Shown in pieces: positions 34,536 to 48,374 of a stretch of 64,000 nt of DNA (position 1 is its first letter; each line of letters begins with the position of its first letter). The translations under genes and the position numbers were made by a program. Source of the DNA: Lama guanicoe (lineage: Eukaryota). The notes beneath the pieces are model-generated. The model was not told where the DNA came from. It was given only the letters and a program-made list of their open reading frames with translations, and ran no database searches. The stretch covers positions 310,001-374,000 of the forward strand of contig MU054212.1 of NCBI GenBank assembly GCA_013239625.1, read 5' to 3'.

Positions 34536-36709
34536 GAATTATTTTAAAAGAAGTTTGGACCACCATCTAATATTTTTAATTACTCCACAGTGCTGAATCA
34601 TTTAAAGAGATTTCTCCTTTTATGTGCCTAGTTTTTCAATGCTACTAATGCTTATTAATCTTAAGACCTCCACAGTCTTTCATAAAATGAAAAATTCATA
34701 AAAGAAATATAGGCAGGAGCTACTTCTCCCAAAAGACATATGTCTTTATACCTAAATAGAGTGCTAAATTTTTGAAAGCAGAATCACATCTTTGTTGATA
34801 CAGGCTATGGGGCTAAGTATAATGCCTGGCAAATGGAACTGCCAAAGATAGAAAGGAATGTGGTTTATTAGCCTCGATGTTAAAGAAGACACATGAAGAC
34901 AGTTAATGCAGGAAGAGGTGATAGAAACAGATTTTGTATATATCAAGGCACAATGAAATTGGCTAGAAGTGGGGAGAAGTTGAATAAAATTTACCTGCTG
35001 TCTTAAGAATATATGGTAGGAAAAGAGTGGCTGCAAATGAATATAACTGGCTTTCCAGGTGACAAAGAAAACAAAATTTATGATTCTATCCTACCAATGA
35101 TGATAGTTGAATAAAAACCTCTGTTCATATACAGCACATTTTTACCAAGTAAAGCATTCCTTATCCAATTAAGCTTTGAAGAGTAGCACAAATTTTAAAA
35201 AGAATTTGTGCAAACTTTTCCCAAGGCTTCCCCTCACTCCACATGTGAAAGACAAATATAGCTTGAAATGGAGGCACTAAATATATTTTGTTTATTCTGA
35301 TAAATATTTACACAACTACAATCTTTAAAAATTCTGGAAGGGGGAAGATAGGCTTCCACTAGTCACAAATTGAAGGTAGGAACATGATCAGAGCAAGAAT
35401 GCATATGGAAAGACCACAAATAACCATAAAGGCTGAGATCACAAGTTACCAACTTAGGGGTTTTAGAATGGCTAGCTACCTGATACACAGGTAGGAGGTA
35501 AGACTTAGTAAAGTGGCCATTTGTTTATAAGCAGAGTGATCCCCAGGGAAAAACATACACAGATTCCTCTTTGTGGAGCTGATGAAGATGTCTGCTCTCA
35601 CACCAACCTAGTTATTAGAGTGTAGTCATTTTATTTTTAGGATATCCTCAGAACCTAGAATGGTATTCTACACATTATAAATTCTCAATATAAAAGAATC
35701 AAGATCTTTACTATGTAGTTATATTATGTATATCTGTTGACTGGTTCAATTTAAAGTATTTCAGTGGATTTTCTCCAAAACGCACAAAGACTATAATATG
35801 AAGTTTATGATTTACTGCCAGTCCTAAATGTACTATTTCACTTGAATTAATCATCAACACAGTGCCTTTGAATATAATGGACATTCAATAAACGTCTGAA
35901 GGATAAAGGTATGAAAGAATGTATTAGCTGGACTATAACCCCTGATGAAGGAAAGGAATTGGCTCATTCTTTCTTGTGGCTCCCTGCACCAAGCTTTCGG
36001 AGCCAGCACGCCCACAGTGAAAGAACACCACCTGAATGAAGCTTCACAATTGCTCTCTCATTACCACTGGGCTTCTGGCATCCAGCACGTCTTAGAGTTC
36101 TAGTGTTAAGGAATGTATTCTGAGCCTCTGCCGGCACAGGCATGTCACAGTGATGCTTTTAAACCAAACCGGAGCTCAGATTTGTTTCAAGTCTTCACTT
36201 GCTTTTGATGGAAGGTGCGCTGGCAGTTGTTGTCATCATTAGCCTTGTGGCAATACTTTTTCCCTTAAGTGTCTTGTGTCTCATATGAAAGCTTGAAGCT
36301 TGTTAAATAGGGAGGGACTTTAGAATATATGCCAGTGTCAAACAGTGAAGTTTTTATTTTCTCTTGTTGTAACAAATTTAAAGGTCTGAATTTCCAAATC
36401 CTGGTCCCTAACACCACTCAGGATTTTAAGTTAGATAATGGAATGAGAATAGGAAGATCCCAATTTTCTTCCCTTTATGATCTTTATCATAGAACTATGT
36501 AATGAACTAGTAAATGAAACATTTAGAGCCTGCTAGGCACTTGGGTATGGAATTCTCCTGCAATCTTGGTGTTTATGGGATGAGCGAGCTGTCCACCCAT
36601 GTTCTGTAACCCAGAGAGTCAAGATATCTGAATTTATATGAACAACACAATACTTCAGTGGCATTAACATTTCCGTGGCAGCTGACCCAAGTGGAACATT
36701 TAGAAATCC

Positions 36710-36880
36710 ACAATAACTAATGTTTCTTGAGCACTTACTATGTGTTAGGCAACATCTTAAATACTTTACATCATAAAATTTTCACAAAACACTCTGAGGC
36801 AGATATTTATCTCCATTTTACAGGTGAGAAAATCTTGGATTAAAGAACTATGGAACTTCCTCAAGTTTTTATCCACAATA
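36710..36880 (-). mobile_element. MIR SINE
   Basis: tgagcacttactatgtgttaggc...tatctccattttacaggtgagaaaa. Confidence 0.75.
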
Positions 36881-37929
36881 AGGAAGATTTCTTAAAAAGA
36901 GTAATTAGCACTACCTAATATTATGAAAACATCCACTCTACTAGACTGAATATCCCTTTAAGGCATGAACCGTTATCTACTTCATCTTTGTATCTCTCAC
37001 AATATCTTGAACAATGCTTCACACATACAAACTTCTTAATGAAAGTTTACTGAGCAAATGAAAGACTCCATAGTTCTTGAATGGCTTTGTACTTCTCTGT
37101 CTCTGTCTCTGCCTCTCTCAAAGTTTCCAATTTTTTCATATTAGGTGATAAGTTTAAGTTCTAAAACCATTAAATTCATTCATACTCTAAGAGACACATA
37201 TATGTGTTTACCAAGTTTACCAGGATTCTTTCTTCTAATCCCGAAAGGTACAAGCCTCTGGGCCCAAAAGCAGCAGCTGTTTAATAGGTGAACTTCAACA
37301 CCACGCAACAAGTTGGGGCAGGTAATTAAGGATATAGAATCTATTTGAAATTGCAGGGGAAATTTTGGGAAGTAGAATGTATTTATCAGAGTTGGAATTT
37401 GGCCAGGATTCTAAGGAAAACACCAATTACTCTTTGATAATATAAAGTAGCATATAAACACTGTTTAACTGACTTTCTGTCTAAGGTAGGAATTTCAGAG
37501 ACCCACAGAAGGGACACATCATCCCCGGACAAATTCTTCCACTGAGAAGAGTTCTTTGTACTTTCATAGTAACCCCTTGCATCTAACGAAGAAAACCTCT
37601 TTACAGGTTAGTAGCAAAAGTGAATCCTAGTTAATGGAGTTGAAGGACGTAAGAGGTCTTTTCAGTAGTTCAAGCTATTGTGCACATTAAATTCATTTAG
37701 ATAGCTCCCTTCTGTAAAGTACTCTATAGTCTCAGAAGAGACCCTAAAAGAGCTGATTTCATCAGAATGGAAACTTTCTCAGGCAGCATCTCCCTAAGAT
37801 AGGTGTGGTCTTTCTTGACACAAAAGTAAGGGAATAGATTAAGTAACTTTCCAGGATCTCTAGCCACCTTCATGATAGAATTATATTGAAGAATCTATAC
37901 CAAAACATAATAAATAAAAAAGAGTAAGG

Positions 37930-38330
37930 AATCTACAGGTCTAAGAACTATACCAACTAAGAATAATGTGTGGACCTCATTTGAAATCTAACTCAAGCAA
38001 AGCAATTTTTAAAATGAAATTGGAGAAACTGAACACCAATTGAATATTTGATAATATTAAGGAATCTCTATTAATTTTAAGTATAATTATGATAAGTATA
38101 TTTTAGAGATACATATTGCAGTATTTGTGAATGAAATTATATAATCCCTAGAATTGACTTCAATATGCTATACGGTGGGGAGAATTTGGCAAGTGTATGG
38201 ATGAAACAATATGGTCCATGTTTTGATAACTACTGAAGCTCAATGATGGGTACATGATGGTTTATTATATTTTCCTCCATTTGTGCATGTTTGAAAATTT
38301 CCATAATAAAAACTTTTTAAAATAAATTAA
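37930..38330 (+). mobile_element. Old L1 (L1ME/MC) 3' end
   Basis: atgtgtggacctcatttg...atatttgataatattaaggaat...tttgaaaatttccataataaaaa. Confidence 0.7.
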
Positions 38331-38504
38331 TATGACTATTCACAATAGGTTTTAGCATAGGTGAAATAATGAGCCATGACTCAAGTGCAATTTCTGGTAA
38401 CATAATTTTCTCTCCTTTCAAAAAAAAATACAAAAATGCAAATAAATGATAGTGGCATCTTTATAGCAATAAGCTTGAACTTTTTCTAATTCATAAAATA
38501 AGTA

Positions 38505-38720
38505 AATCAATCCAACAACTTGAGTGAGCTTGGAAAAAGATCCCTCCCTAGACAAGGTGCCAGGTAAGAATGTAGCCCAGCTAACACCTTGATGACAGCT
38601 TGGTGGGACTCTAAGCACCGTGCCCAGACTCCTGACCACAGAAACTGTGAGATAATAAATGTGTGCTATTCTAAGCCAATAAGCTGGTGGTAATTTTTTA
38701 CAAAGCAATGGAAAACTTTT
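38505..38720 (+). mobile_element. MLT1 LTR 3' fragment
   Basis: gactcctgaccacagaaactgtgagataataaatgtgtgctattctaagcc. Confidence 0.75.
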
Positions 38721-38984
38721 ACAGTAGAAAGTTTTAAATAGTAATACGTAAGAGTTCAACTGAATCTTGCTATGCTTTGTTTAAAAAAAAAAATGCAAAG
38801 CCAGAAGGTTTCCCTGACTAAAGTCGGAATGGCTTTAAAAAGGACTCCTACTCCACCCTGAGAAGAACAATTTTTCAGATTTAGCAAGATTTTTTTAAGA
38901 GGACACAGTAATTCCAGAGGAAATAACCTAGGGAAACTGGTGTCTGCTATATTGGATTTAGATAGGAAAATGGACAGTATATCC

Positions 38985-40810
38985 ATTAATCAGTTCTACC
39001 AGTTTTTGCTTCATGTATTTTGAAGTCCATTGTGAGGCATATAAACATTTAGGATTGTTATGTCCCCTTGATAACTGCCCTCTTTATATTATGAAATGAC
39101 CCTCTTCTCCCTGGTAATATTCTTTTCTCTGAGATCTACTAAATTTGATGCCATTATAGACACTTTGTCTTACTTTTGATTAGTGTTAATATGATACATT
39201 TTTCCATTCTTTCATTTTTAACTTTTTTGTGTGTGTCTTTTATACCTAAACCAGGATTCCTGAAGACCATTTACATTTAATATTATTATTAATTTGGTGG
39301 GTTTAACTTCACCATCTTGTTTTATTTCTATTTGACTCACCTGCTCTTTGCACTCTTACTCTTCTTTTTCTGCCTTTTAGAATTTTAAAATGACTTTTAT
39401 GATTACATTTTATCACCTTGATGTCATATTAATTATAATTCTTTGTTCCAGTTTATGTGTATGCATGTATTTGTGTGTGTAGGTGGTTATTTTAGGATTT
39501 ACTTATCACAGTCTACCATCAAGTAATATTATATCACTTCGTATTAGCATAAGACTATTACAAGAGTATACTTCCATTTCTCCCCTCCTGGTCTTTGTGC
39601 TACTGTTTTCATACATTGTATTTCTGCATGTGTTGTAAATCCCACAATATGTCTACTTTAAACAGTTATCTTTTAGTGAGTTTTTTTAATAATTAAAAAA
39701 ACTTCTGTATTTACTCACATATTTACCATTCCAATGCTCTCCATTCCTTTGTGTAGATCCAGATTTCCAGCTGCTATCATTTTCTCTTTAACATTTCCTA
39801 TACTGTAGGTCTCTTAGTGATTATTTCAAAGTTTGTGTATATGAAATGTATTCTGCTTTCATTTCTGAACAATATTTTCACCTGGTATAGAATTATAAAT
39901 TAACAGTTTCTTTTTTCAGCACTACAAATGCTGCTCCACTATGTTCTGGTTAGCGTTGTTCAAACAAGAAGACTTATGTCACTGTCACAAGGACATAAAA
40001 TGTCACTGACCTTCTTTATATGAATAAAGAATATCATTTTTCTTCTCAATATAATGTGACTTTTTTCCTACTGGATGCCTTTAATATTTTTATCACTGGT
40101 TTAACATTTTTTCCTTATCACTTTTTTTTAACATTTTCTCTTTATCAATGTTTGTTATGGTGTGCACTCTTCACAATTCTTGTACTTAGAGTCTGTTGAG
40201 CTTTTTGAATCTCTAGGTTTATTATTTTCAGCTATTATTTCTTCAAATAATTTTTTTATTTCTCCCTCTTACTCCTCTTCTTTGGAGATTCCAAGTACAT
40301 ATATATTAGGCTGTTTGAAGTTTCCCAGTTTGCTGATTCATCATTGATTTTTTTTTCAGGCTTTTTCCCTACTTGTGTATATTAATTTCCTAGGACTACA
40401 TAACAAATTACCACAAACTGGGGCTTAAAACAACAAAAACCTATTCATTCATAGTTCAGGAGACCAGAAGTCCAAAATCAAGATGCTAGCATGGCTGATT
40501 TCCCTCTGGACATTCTAAGGGAGAAACTGTCCTATGCCTCCCTCCCTGCTTCTGGTGATTTCCAGCATCCTTGGGATTTCTTGGCTTGTAGACACATCAC
40601 TCCAATCTCTGCCTCCACCTCCATCTGGTCTTCTTCCACTCCTGTAGCTTTCTTCATTTAGAAATCTGTGGGATCACTGAGCTTCACTACCTGATATCCA
40701 TTGTCTGAAAGCTGTCTTTTCATATATTTTGTTGTTGTTTTTCAGTTGTTTCAGCCAGGAGTATGAAAATAGTCTCTGTTCTCCATCTTGTCCAGAGGCA
40801 GATGTCTCCC
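38985..40810 (-). mobile_element. Old L1 with a nested MLT1 LTR fragment (40376-40650, minus strand)
   Basis: Antisense L1 (cagtttttgcttcatgtattttgaag...); insert tgtatattaatttcctaggactacataacaaattaccacaaactggg. Confidence 0.75.
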
Positions 40811-40824
40811 ACCAATCCTAAGTA

Positions 40825-40975
40825 CAGTTGTCTCTCTGTATCCACAGGTACTGCATCCATGAATATGGAGAGCCAACTGTACTATGCCATTTTACATAAG
40901 GGACTTGAGCATCTGTGGATTTTGGTATTCACAGGGGTCCTGGAACCCATCCTCTGTGGATACCAAGGGAGGACA
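40825..40975 (+). mobile_element. MER2/Tigger-type DNA transposon derivative
   Basis: TA|cagttgtctctctgtatccac...; ataagggacttgagcatctgtggattttggtattc...ggggtcctggaacc. Confidence 0.75.
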
Positions 40976-42803
40976 CAATTGGTATAAATATCCCCCATGA
41001 AATTTAGTATTTCTCATGTAATCTGAAAATTACATGTATGTCTCACAAATGCAGTATCTCTTATACAATTGAATCACTAAAGAAAAAGTCAGAGTTGTTT
41101 ATGATAAATAATTTGAACAGTTATAGACATACTCCTCATTTGAAGAACCGAATGTACAAATCATTGAGTTGTACACATCTGAGTTGTTGGAATGCACACC
41201 AACAATTTTGTTCTAGGGATTTTACCCTTTGGAATCCAATATACATAACTTTCCAGACTCTTTAAAAGAAAAGGAAAATTGAGTTCAAACAGTGTATTTT
41301 TTTCCTTAAACTCTTACATTTGGGAAAATTTTCATTAGTGGTTTATTCAGTTTCTCAAAGGCCCCTGTGTCAGAATAACATGAAACTTGATACTAATAAA
41401 TTCTATAAAGGAGGCAAGAATTTCTAAGGCACACTGGTAGCTGCCTACAGCAAGACCTTTTAAAGTCTAGTAAATAACAGAAAATCTTCTACTTAGGGGA
41501 TGCTTTATGCCCATTTCATCACAGTCTCTGTGCTCTCAAGGAGCAATACTCAAAGTGTTCATTTTAGTGGTTTATCAGGAAGGAATGGAATATCATTCAC
41601 TCTGATTTTTTTTTCTTCAAAACATTGTTGAATGGTTTACCAGTGAGGAAATAGATACTAAGTTTGAATGTTATAAATTTCCTGTAGTGAAGTTCAGTTA
41701 AGGAATACACAGAGAAAAGTTCTAGGTATAAGAAAACACTGAAAGGCAAACCCTTGAGCATTAAATTCTAGATGGTGTAACCCAACACCAGCATGAGAGG
41801 ACTCACAACTCTGCCCACACACTGTGAGCCTCCAGAATACCTGTCTCTGCAAGCCCGGACATTCCTTTAGCCTACAGCTGCTTCAGGTAGTGAGACCGCT
41901 TGACTTGCCATGGCAAGGTTCCGTGTATTATGAATATACAGTGGAGAAAATTATTTGAATGGACCCAATTGTATATCATGCCATGTTCCACTAGGTCTGG
42001 TCAGAGTAAAGATGGGGACAGAGCCTGCAGTACAAATCATAATTGATTAGACTGTCTCTTCACCATATTGGGAAAAAACTGTCAACTGGCACACGGAACA
42101 TTTTCTAAGATGTGCATTGGATGCCAAAAACGGAAGTAGTGACATTCTGAGTCACCTTTATGTCAGGCATTAGATATTTATTCCTTCAGGAAAAAAATTT
42201 TTAACCAGAAATTACTTCTATTTCCATAGCCAAGTCTTAACTTTGTAGAAAAAGTTTTCCCTCAAGCCTAAGATATTTCTACTTTCAGCAATAATCTTAG
42301 ATTATGCAGGGAAGATAGTCTCTGACTTTTTAGATGATCCTTACCTGTTGCTGAGCTACAAAGGACATCTCCTGTTGGTTTTTTTTTTCTCTCAAAAGAA
42401 AAACTTTCCAAAGAAAAATATTTTTCATTTGTGTCTCTAGTTTTGAGTCAGTCTTCAGGGTTCGGTTGCCATTGAAATTAGAACAGCAGTTCCTTTTAGC
42501 ACCTGAAGTTAGCCTCTCAGTGTTTTCAACATAATCTTGAAGGTTTTGTGTACTGGATCTCATTTTTTTCCTTATCTGTTATATTTGATTAGAAATTAGT
42601 GATACAGGTGATGGTTTCCCAGTCTTTGAGAGGGACAGATTTGTTTAATGCCATGAGACTTGGGGTTTAGTACCTTTCATCTTAGAAACCAATATGAATA
42701 AATCAATTCTTAATAGGTAAAATACCACTAAGAATCAGAATCTATTTTTGATAGTGCTCATATTTACTGGATCATCTTGAACAAATATGAATATGGCAGA
42801 GCA

Positions 42804-42965
42804 AGAGCCAGCTTCATAAATTACTGCACCCAATGGACTATGAAAATTTAAAGCTGTTGTTCAAAAATTCTTAAAAGTTTCACAACACAGCATTAAATCA
42901 AGCACAAGATCTTCTGAGGGCAGGGCCCTCTGTGACCGTACAATTCATATACACACTGAGACAAA
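42804..42965 (-). mobile_element. MER91-like hAT-Tip100 element
   Basis: Reverse complement resembles MER91A (cacagagggccctgccctcagaagatcttgtgcttgatttaatgctg). Confidence 0.55.
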
Positions 42966-43412
42966 AATCACTGCTAAGACTCCCACACTCTTTTGCTAAA
43001 TTTATTACCTATTCAGATGACTGGACACACCATTTATGATGTCTTTCTTAATACCAATGCAAAGTTCACAGTAGTGCCATTAAAAAAGAGGAAAAATAGC
43101 TCTTTGTGATAAGGAAATTAAAATATTTTAGCATATTTTATAAATTAGATAATAATTATTTAATTATTGAGTTTAATGGTATTTTGGGGCAGATTATTTA
43201 AAATGGGTTCTAATTTCACTGATCAGCAATCCCCAACTGTTTAACTCTTTTATGATTCTTATAATTCCTCCATCCGAAATCACTGAATTAATATTGAAAT
43301 CAGCTTTAATAATGGGAAGCCAAGGAGCTAAGGCGGATGGAACAAGTAAGAGAAAGCAGTGGAGCTGAAGACATCAGCATTTTGGTATCTCATGACCACA
43401 TACAGCAAAGAC

Positions 43413-43769
43413 TGCATATCTTAGTTCAGACTGCTATAACAAAGTATCACAGGCTGGGTCACTTACAAAAGAGTAGAATTTTTATTTCTTACAATTTCAG
43501 AGGTTGGAAGTTCAAGACTAATGTGCTGGCAGATTGGGTGTCCAGTGAGGAGGGCCTGCTTCCTGGTCCATAGATGGCCATCTTCTCACTGTGTCCTCAC
43601 ATGGCAGAAAGAGCAAGAGAGCTCTCTGGGGTCATTTTATAAGGGCACTAATCCCATCATTGGGACTTTTCCATCACCTTTCAAAGGCCCCACCTCCAAA
43701 TACCCTCACATTGTGGATTAGATTTCAACAAATTCATTTTGCAGGGACACAAACATTCAGTCTGTGGCA
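43413..43769 (-). mobile_element. MLT1A-type solo LTR
   Basis: tcttagttcagactgctataacaaagtatcacaggctggg...ctcactgtgtcctcacatggcagaaag...gacacaaacattcagtc. Confidence 0.85.
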
Positions 43770-43899
43770 CCTCTACAAATAACCACCACCATATATTGAG
43801 TGTCTGTGAGCCAGGCACTGTAATGCACACATTAAAGGAGGTATTCAAGAAAGTAAAGCGAGTCACTTAAAGGAACAACACAAAAAATTGGCATCAGGA

Positions 43900-44280
43900 G
43901 CTATTATCAGTCATGGTCCAGACACACTCAAACATTAAACCGGGTAATTGAGAAGAGTTTATTAAAGGGGCTATTTGAAAAGTGTGGGCATATTTGAGAG
44001 AAACTAATAAGGGATAAGGTAGTAGCCTGTGAGGCTAGCAACAGCAGGAGCCCCATGGGAGGAGAGTTCACTATGACCTGCAAAGAGCAACAGTGTACAG
44101 AAGGCCTCCTGACAGGAGCTATAGTGTCCGTTAGAGGAGCACAGCCAGCTGAGCTGGTAGTGACTTCACAGGAAGGGAGCCAGGAAGTTAAGTGCCCAGG
44201 CTCTACCCTCCTCCCCTCCCCACTCAGTGCTCAGCATGGACCAAACTCAACCAGAGGCCACAAGATAAGGTAGCTTAATA
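43900..44280 (-). mobile_element. LTR33-like ERVL LTR
   Basis: cacactcaaac...gggtaattgagaagagtttattaaaggggctattt...gctagcaacagcagg. Confidence 0.55.
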
Positions 44281-44287
44281 CGTAGTC

Positions 44288-44484
44288 CAGTGGTTCTCAA
44301 ACCTTAGCATGCATCAGAATCATCAGGAGAACTGGCCTGTTAAAAATCAGTTCTGGGTTTGCTGGGCCCACCCCAGAGTTTCTGATTCAGTAGGGCTGGG
44401 TGAGGGCTGAAAATATGCATTTCTAGTAAGCCCCCAGGTAATGCTGATGCTGCTGGTCCTCAGGCCACACTCAGAAAACCACTG
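44288..44484 (+). mobile_element. MER5A (hAT-Charlie)
   Basis: Terminal inverted repeats CAGTGGTT...AACCACTG and a typical MER5A body. Confidence 0.9.
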
Positions 44485-46421
44485 ATTTCATCCAAACAGG
44501 TCAACCTCTTTGGGCAGAAAGCAGGGTAGAGAAGGGTGCAGAGTGCGATTAGAAGACATCCAGTACAGGAAAAATGGAAGTTGGTTGGAAGACCACAGGC
44601 TTGTTTACCATCGAGAAAACAGCTGTCTGTGATGGTAGTTTTTTTGTTTTGTTTTTGTTTTTTCTCCATGAATGCTAAAAGATTTATTTTGTTGCCTTGG
44701 TGCAAGCAAAAAGAAGCTTTAAGTATTTTCAACACATCTCCCAAATAGCCCCTTTAAAGCTCCCAAACTTCAGACAATATCTAGTGTAGACTGCCTCTCA
44801 CCAATCATAACTGGTGCCTGCAAGAAGGGTGTTGATAGGCAGAGCAGTAAAGAGCCTTGATTTTTTCCCCTTATACCAGTGTTCAAGAGCCTAGGGTGCT
44901 CTCTTGAAAGGAAAATCTAGAAAAGAGACAGCTTCAATGCTAAATCTATGACAGATGCTTACGAATTTCCTGATTATAAGAAAAAATTATTAGGTTTTTG
45001 GTGAGTGGGATAATCAATCAAGACTTGTAGTAATGAAATATAAGGCTGAAGCGGATAGTTATATATCAGTTATTTTGCAGAGTTTGCTGTTACTGGTCTC
45101 TACAGTGTTTTCATTAAAGACCAACAATGAGAATATGCTAAAGACTTTGGACTACTTCCTAGCAAAGCAGGAACAGAATGTAAAACTAAAAAGTAAAATT
45201 TTTTTTATTATATTATGTAAACAAAGTAGAACACTTCAGAGTAATGAATGACCTACTTGGGAAAACTTGTAGACAAGGGTTCAATCTGTGTTTGACAGTG
45301 GAAAGCTAGTACCAATTTCCAACAGAGGTCTTGGGAAACCTAATTTACATGAAAAATGAAAAGCTCTCAAGAAACATGACAAGCCATAATTGCTGTATTT
45401 ATCTCCTCAGGTCCTTTAATATTAACTTTTAGTTGTTTACTCACTATACACAGCATTTTTTATTTTGTATGAGATTTTTGTTAATTTAAAATTTGGAAGA
45501 TGTGCACAATGTTTTCTGTTTTACCTCGGGGAAAAGCTGATGAGATGTCAGAAATAGATTAGGTTTAGATCAATTATTTAAATCAAAATTCTAGTTGCTA
45601 CAGTACTGGGAAGCAAGGAAGTGGTAATTGTTAACCTGCATACTCTCTATTTATTTACTTATTTATAGGCAAATTTCTAAGGCTATAATCACCTTAGCAT
45701 TTTAATTCCAAATACCAGTTAAAGAATTAAACCAAAGAATTATTCCATCCAGAAAGTCACCAAGTTCTATGAGCTGTTTACTTAGCATTATATGGTCCAT
45801 CTATGAAATTGGTCTTATCACTGTGTTCTTCAAAACTTGTATTATGATCAAAATGATGCTGTATAAAATGGGGAAAGAATGGATGCACTAATATCCTCTA
45901 AATACACTAAGTTGGATTTTTTGGCCAAAGAACAGAAATTAAGTCAGTCCAAAGATGAACACTTGAAAGCCATTTTGCCTACAATGTTATTTGCCTCTTC
46001 CTCTGAAAACAGCTTCTTTGCTCTAATTGCAAAGAAGCAGCACAACCCTAGCCACTGTTTTGGCCACATGAATCCTAGACATAATGCGACCTCCATAATG
46101 GGGTGAAATCTCAGAAAGAATTGAGGATAAATGGATCTATGTGAGTCTGGTCAACAGTTTAAATAACAGTTCCTGGGATCAGGGGGCTAACTCTGGGCTG
46201 GTTTGTTCATTTGTTTGTTTTCCTTTCCTAAGAGGGTTGAAGAATAGCAGAAAGGATTTTTCTCAACCAAAGTTATAAAGAAGCAATCACAACGACAAGG
46301 GTAGAGGAACCAGAGACTCAGTATACTCAGTATAGTCAGGATCCACAACTCTGGATCAGCAACCCACAAACAGGAGGAATATTACAACTGCAGAGATCCT
46401 CTTCAAGAAGTGAGGAGTCCA

Positions 46422-46632
46422 CATGGACAGAGGATACAGACTTGTGGTTACCGGGGGGGGGAGGGNNNNNNNNNNNNNNNNNNNNNNNNNNNNNNNNNNN
46501 NNNNNNNNNNNNNNNNNNNNNNNNNNNNNNNNNNNNNNNNNNNNNNNNNNNNNNNNNNNNNNNNNNNNNNNNNNNNNNNNNNNNNNNNNNNNNNNNNNNN
46601 NNNNNNNNNNNNNNNAAAAAAAAAAAAAAAAA
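46422..46632 (+). mobile_element. Young 5'-truncated L1 insertion spanning the assembly gap
   Basis: Perfect 17-bp TSD AAGAAGTGAGGAGTCCA (46405-46421 and 46633-46649); acagacttgtggttaccgggg is an L1 3' UTR motif; poly(A) follows the gap. Confidence 0.8.
46466..46615. other. Assembly gap (150 N)
   Basis: Run of N read directly. Confidence 1.
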
Positions 46633-48374
46633 AAGAAGTGAGGAGTCCAAGTCCCACATCAGGCTCCCCAGTCCAAGGTCTTGCTCTAGGAAGCCAAGCC
46701 CCCTGAAGGTTTGGCTTTGAAAACAAGCAAGGCTTATATTCAGGGGATCAAAAGGGCTATACAAAACAGAGACTCCACTCTTAAAGGGTGCACACAAAAT
46801 CTCACGCTCTCCAAGTCCCAGTGCAGAGGAGGTAATCTGAAAGGAGCCCAGGTCAGACCCACTTGCTGATCTTAGAGAACCTCCAAGAGAGGTAGGAGGC
46901 AACTGGGACTCCTCACGGGGATGGAGACACTGAGAGCAGCCATTTGGGGAAGCTCATTCTGCCTGAATAACAAGTACCATTTTGGAATTCTCCCTTTAGC
47001 CTATTAGCACTAGAGGCCCTGTCCCCAAACCCATCAGCAGGCTGACACTAGCTCCAAGATTTCTTGCCAGGTAAATAGCCATGTGGGGACCCAGCCCTGC
47101 CCTCTAGCAGACTAGCAGCAGCCCTGCACCATACCCCAGGCCCACAGCCACCACACAAGGCATGGTCTCACAGTCAACCAGGTCAGGGGCCAGCCCTGTC
47201 TACAGCATACCCACAGTCATCAGCCCCCACTGCAACAGAAGGGCACATGCAACTCACATGGGGGGGGGGTACTCCTAGAGCATATAGCTCTAGTGACAGA
47301 GAGTAGCATGCTCCTGGGCCCCATAAGACATCTTCTAAATAAGGTCACTTCTCCAAGATTGGGAAGTATAACCAACCTACCTAATACACAGAAATGAACA
47401 CAGAGAATTGGGCAAAATAAGGAGATAAGGAAATATGTTCCAAACTAGGGAATAAAATATAACCCCTGGAAAAGAACTAAACACAGTGAAGATACCCAAT
47501 AAAGGGTTCAAGGTAATGATCATAAAGATGCTCACCAAACTTAGGAGAAGAATGGATAAACACTGAAATAAAAAATATACTAGAAGGAATCAGCAGTAGA
47601 TTTGGTGATACAGAGGAATGGGTCACCAATCTGAAAGAAAAAGTAGTGGAAATCATCTAAGCTGAAAAGAAAAAAGAATTTTTAAAAAATGAAGATAGTT
47701 TACGAGACCTCTGGGACAACATCAAGAATACTAACATTCATATTTTAGGGATCCCAGAGAAGAAAGAGAGGAAAGTGCAGAGAGCTTATTTGAAGAGATA
47801 ACACCTGAAAACTTTTCTAACCTGAGAAAGGAGACAGACATCCAGATCCAGGAAACACAAAAAGTCCCAAACAGGGGACCCAAAGAGGTCCACAACAAGA
47901 CACATTATAGTTAAAATGGCAAAAAATTAAAGATAAAGAGGGAATCTTAAAAGCAGCAAGATAAAAGCAACTAGTTACTAGTTACAAGGGAATTCCCTGT
48001 AAGACTATAAGCTGACTTTTCAGCAAAAACTTTGCATGCAAGAGGGAGTGACAAAATATATTCAAAGTGATGAAATAACAAAACAACCAAGAATACTCTA
48101 CCTGGCAAGGCTGTCATTCAGATTTGAAAGAGAGATAAAGAGTTTTACAAACAAGCAAAAGCTAAAGGAGTTCAGCTTTGTTAAGAAATATTAAAGGGAC
48201 TTCTCTAAGCATAAAAGAAAAGGCCACAGCTAGAAATACGAAAATTACGAAAAGAAAAATCTCACTGGTAAAGGCAAACATACAGTAGAGGTAGCAGATT
48301 AGCCACTCATAAAGCTAGTAGGAAGGTTAAAAGACGAAAGTAGTAAAATCGTCTCTATCCACAACAGTTGATTT

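Larger units (their letters stand above)
46335..48370 (+). mobile_element. L1 5' UTR plus decayed ORF1
   Basis: GC-richer 5' UTR, then ORF1 motifs (aagggttcaaggtaatgatcataaagatgctc, ctctgggacaacatcaag, ccaagaatactctacctggcaagg). Confidence 0.85.

Noticed and set aside
46336..46902. 188-aa ORF and overlapping ORFs
   Set aside because: Open only because they run through the N gap inside L1 sequence.
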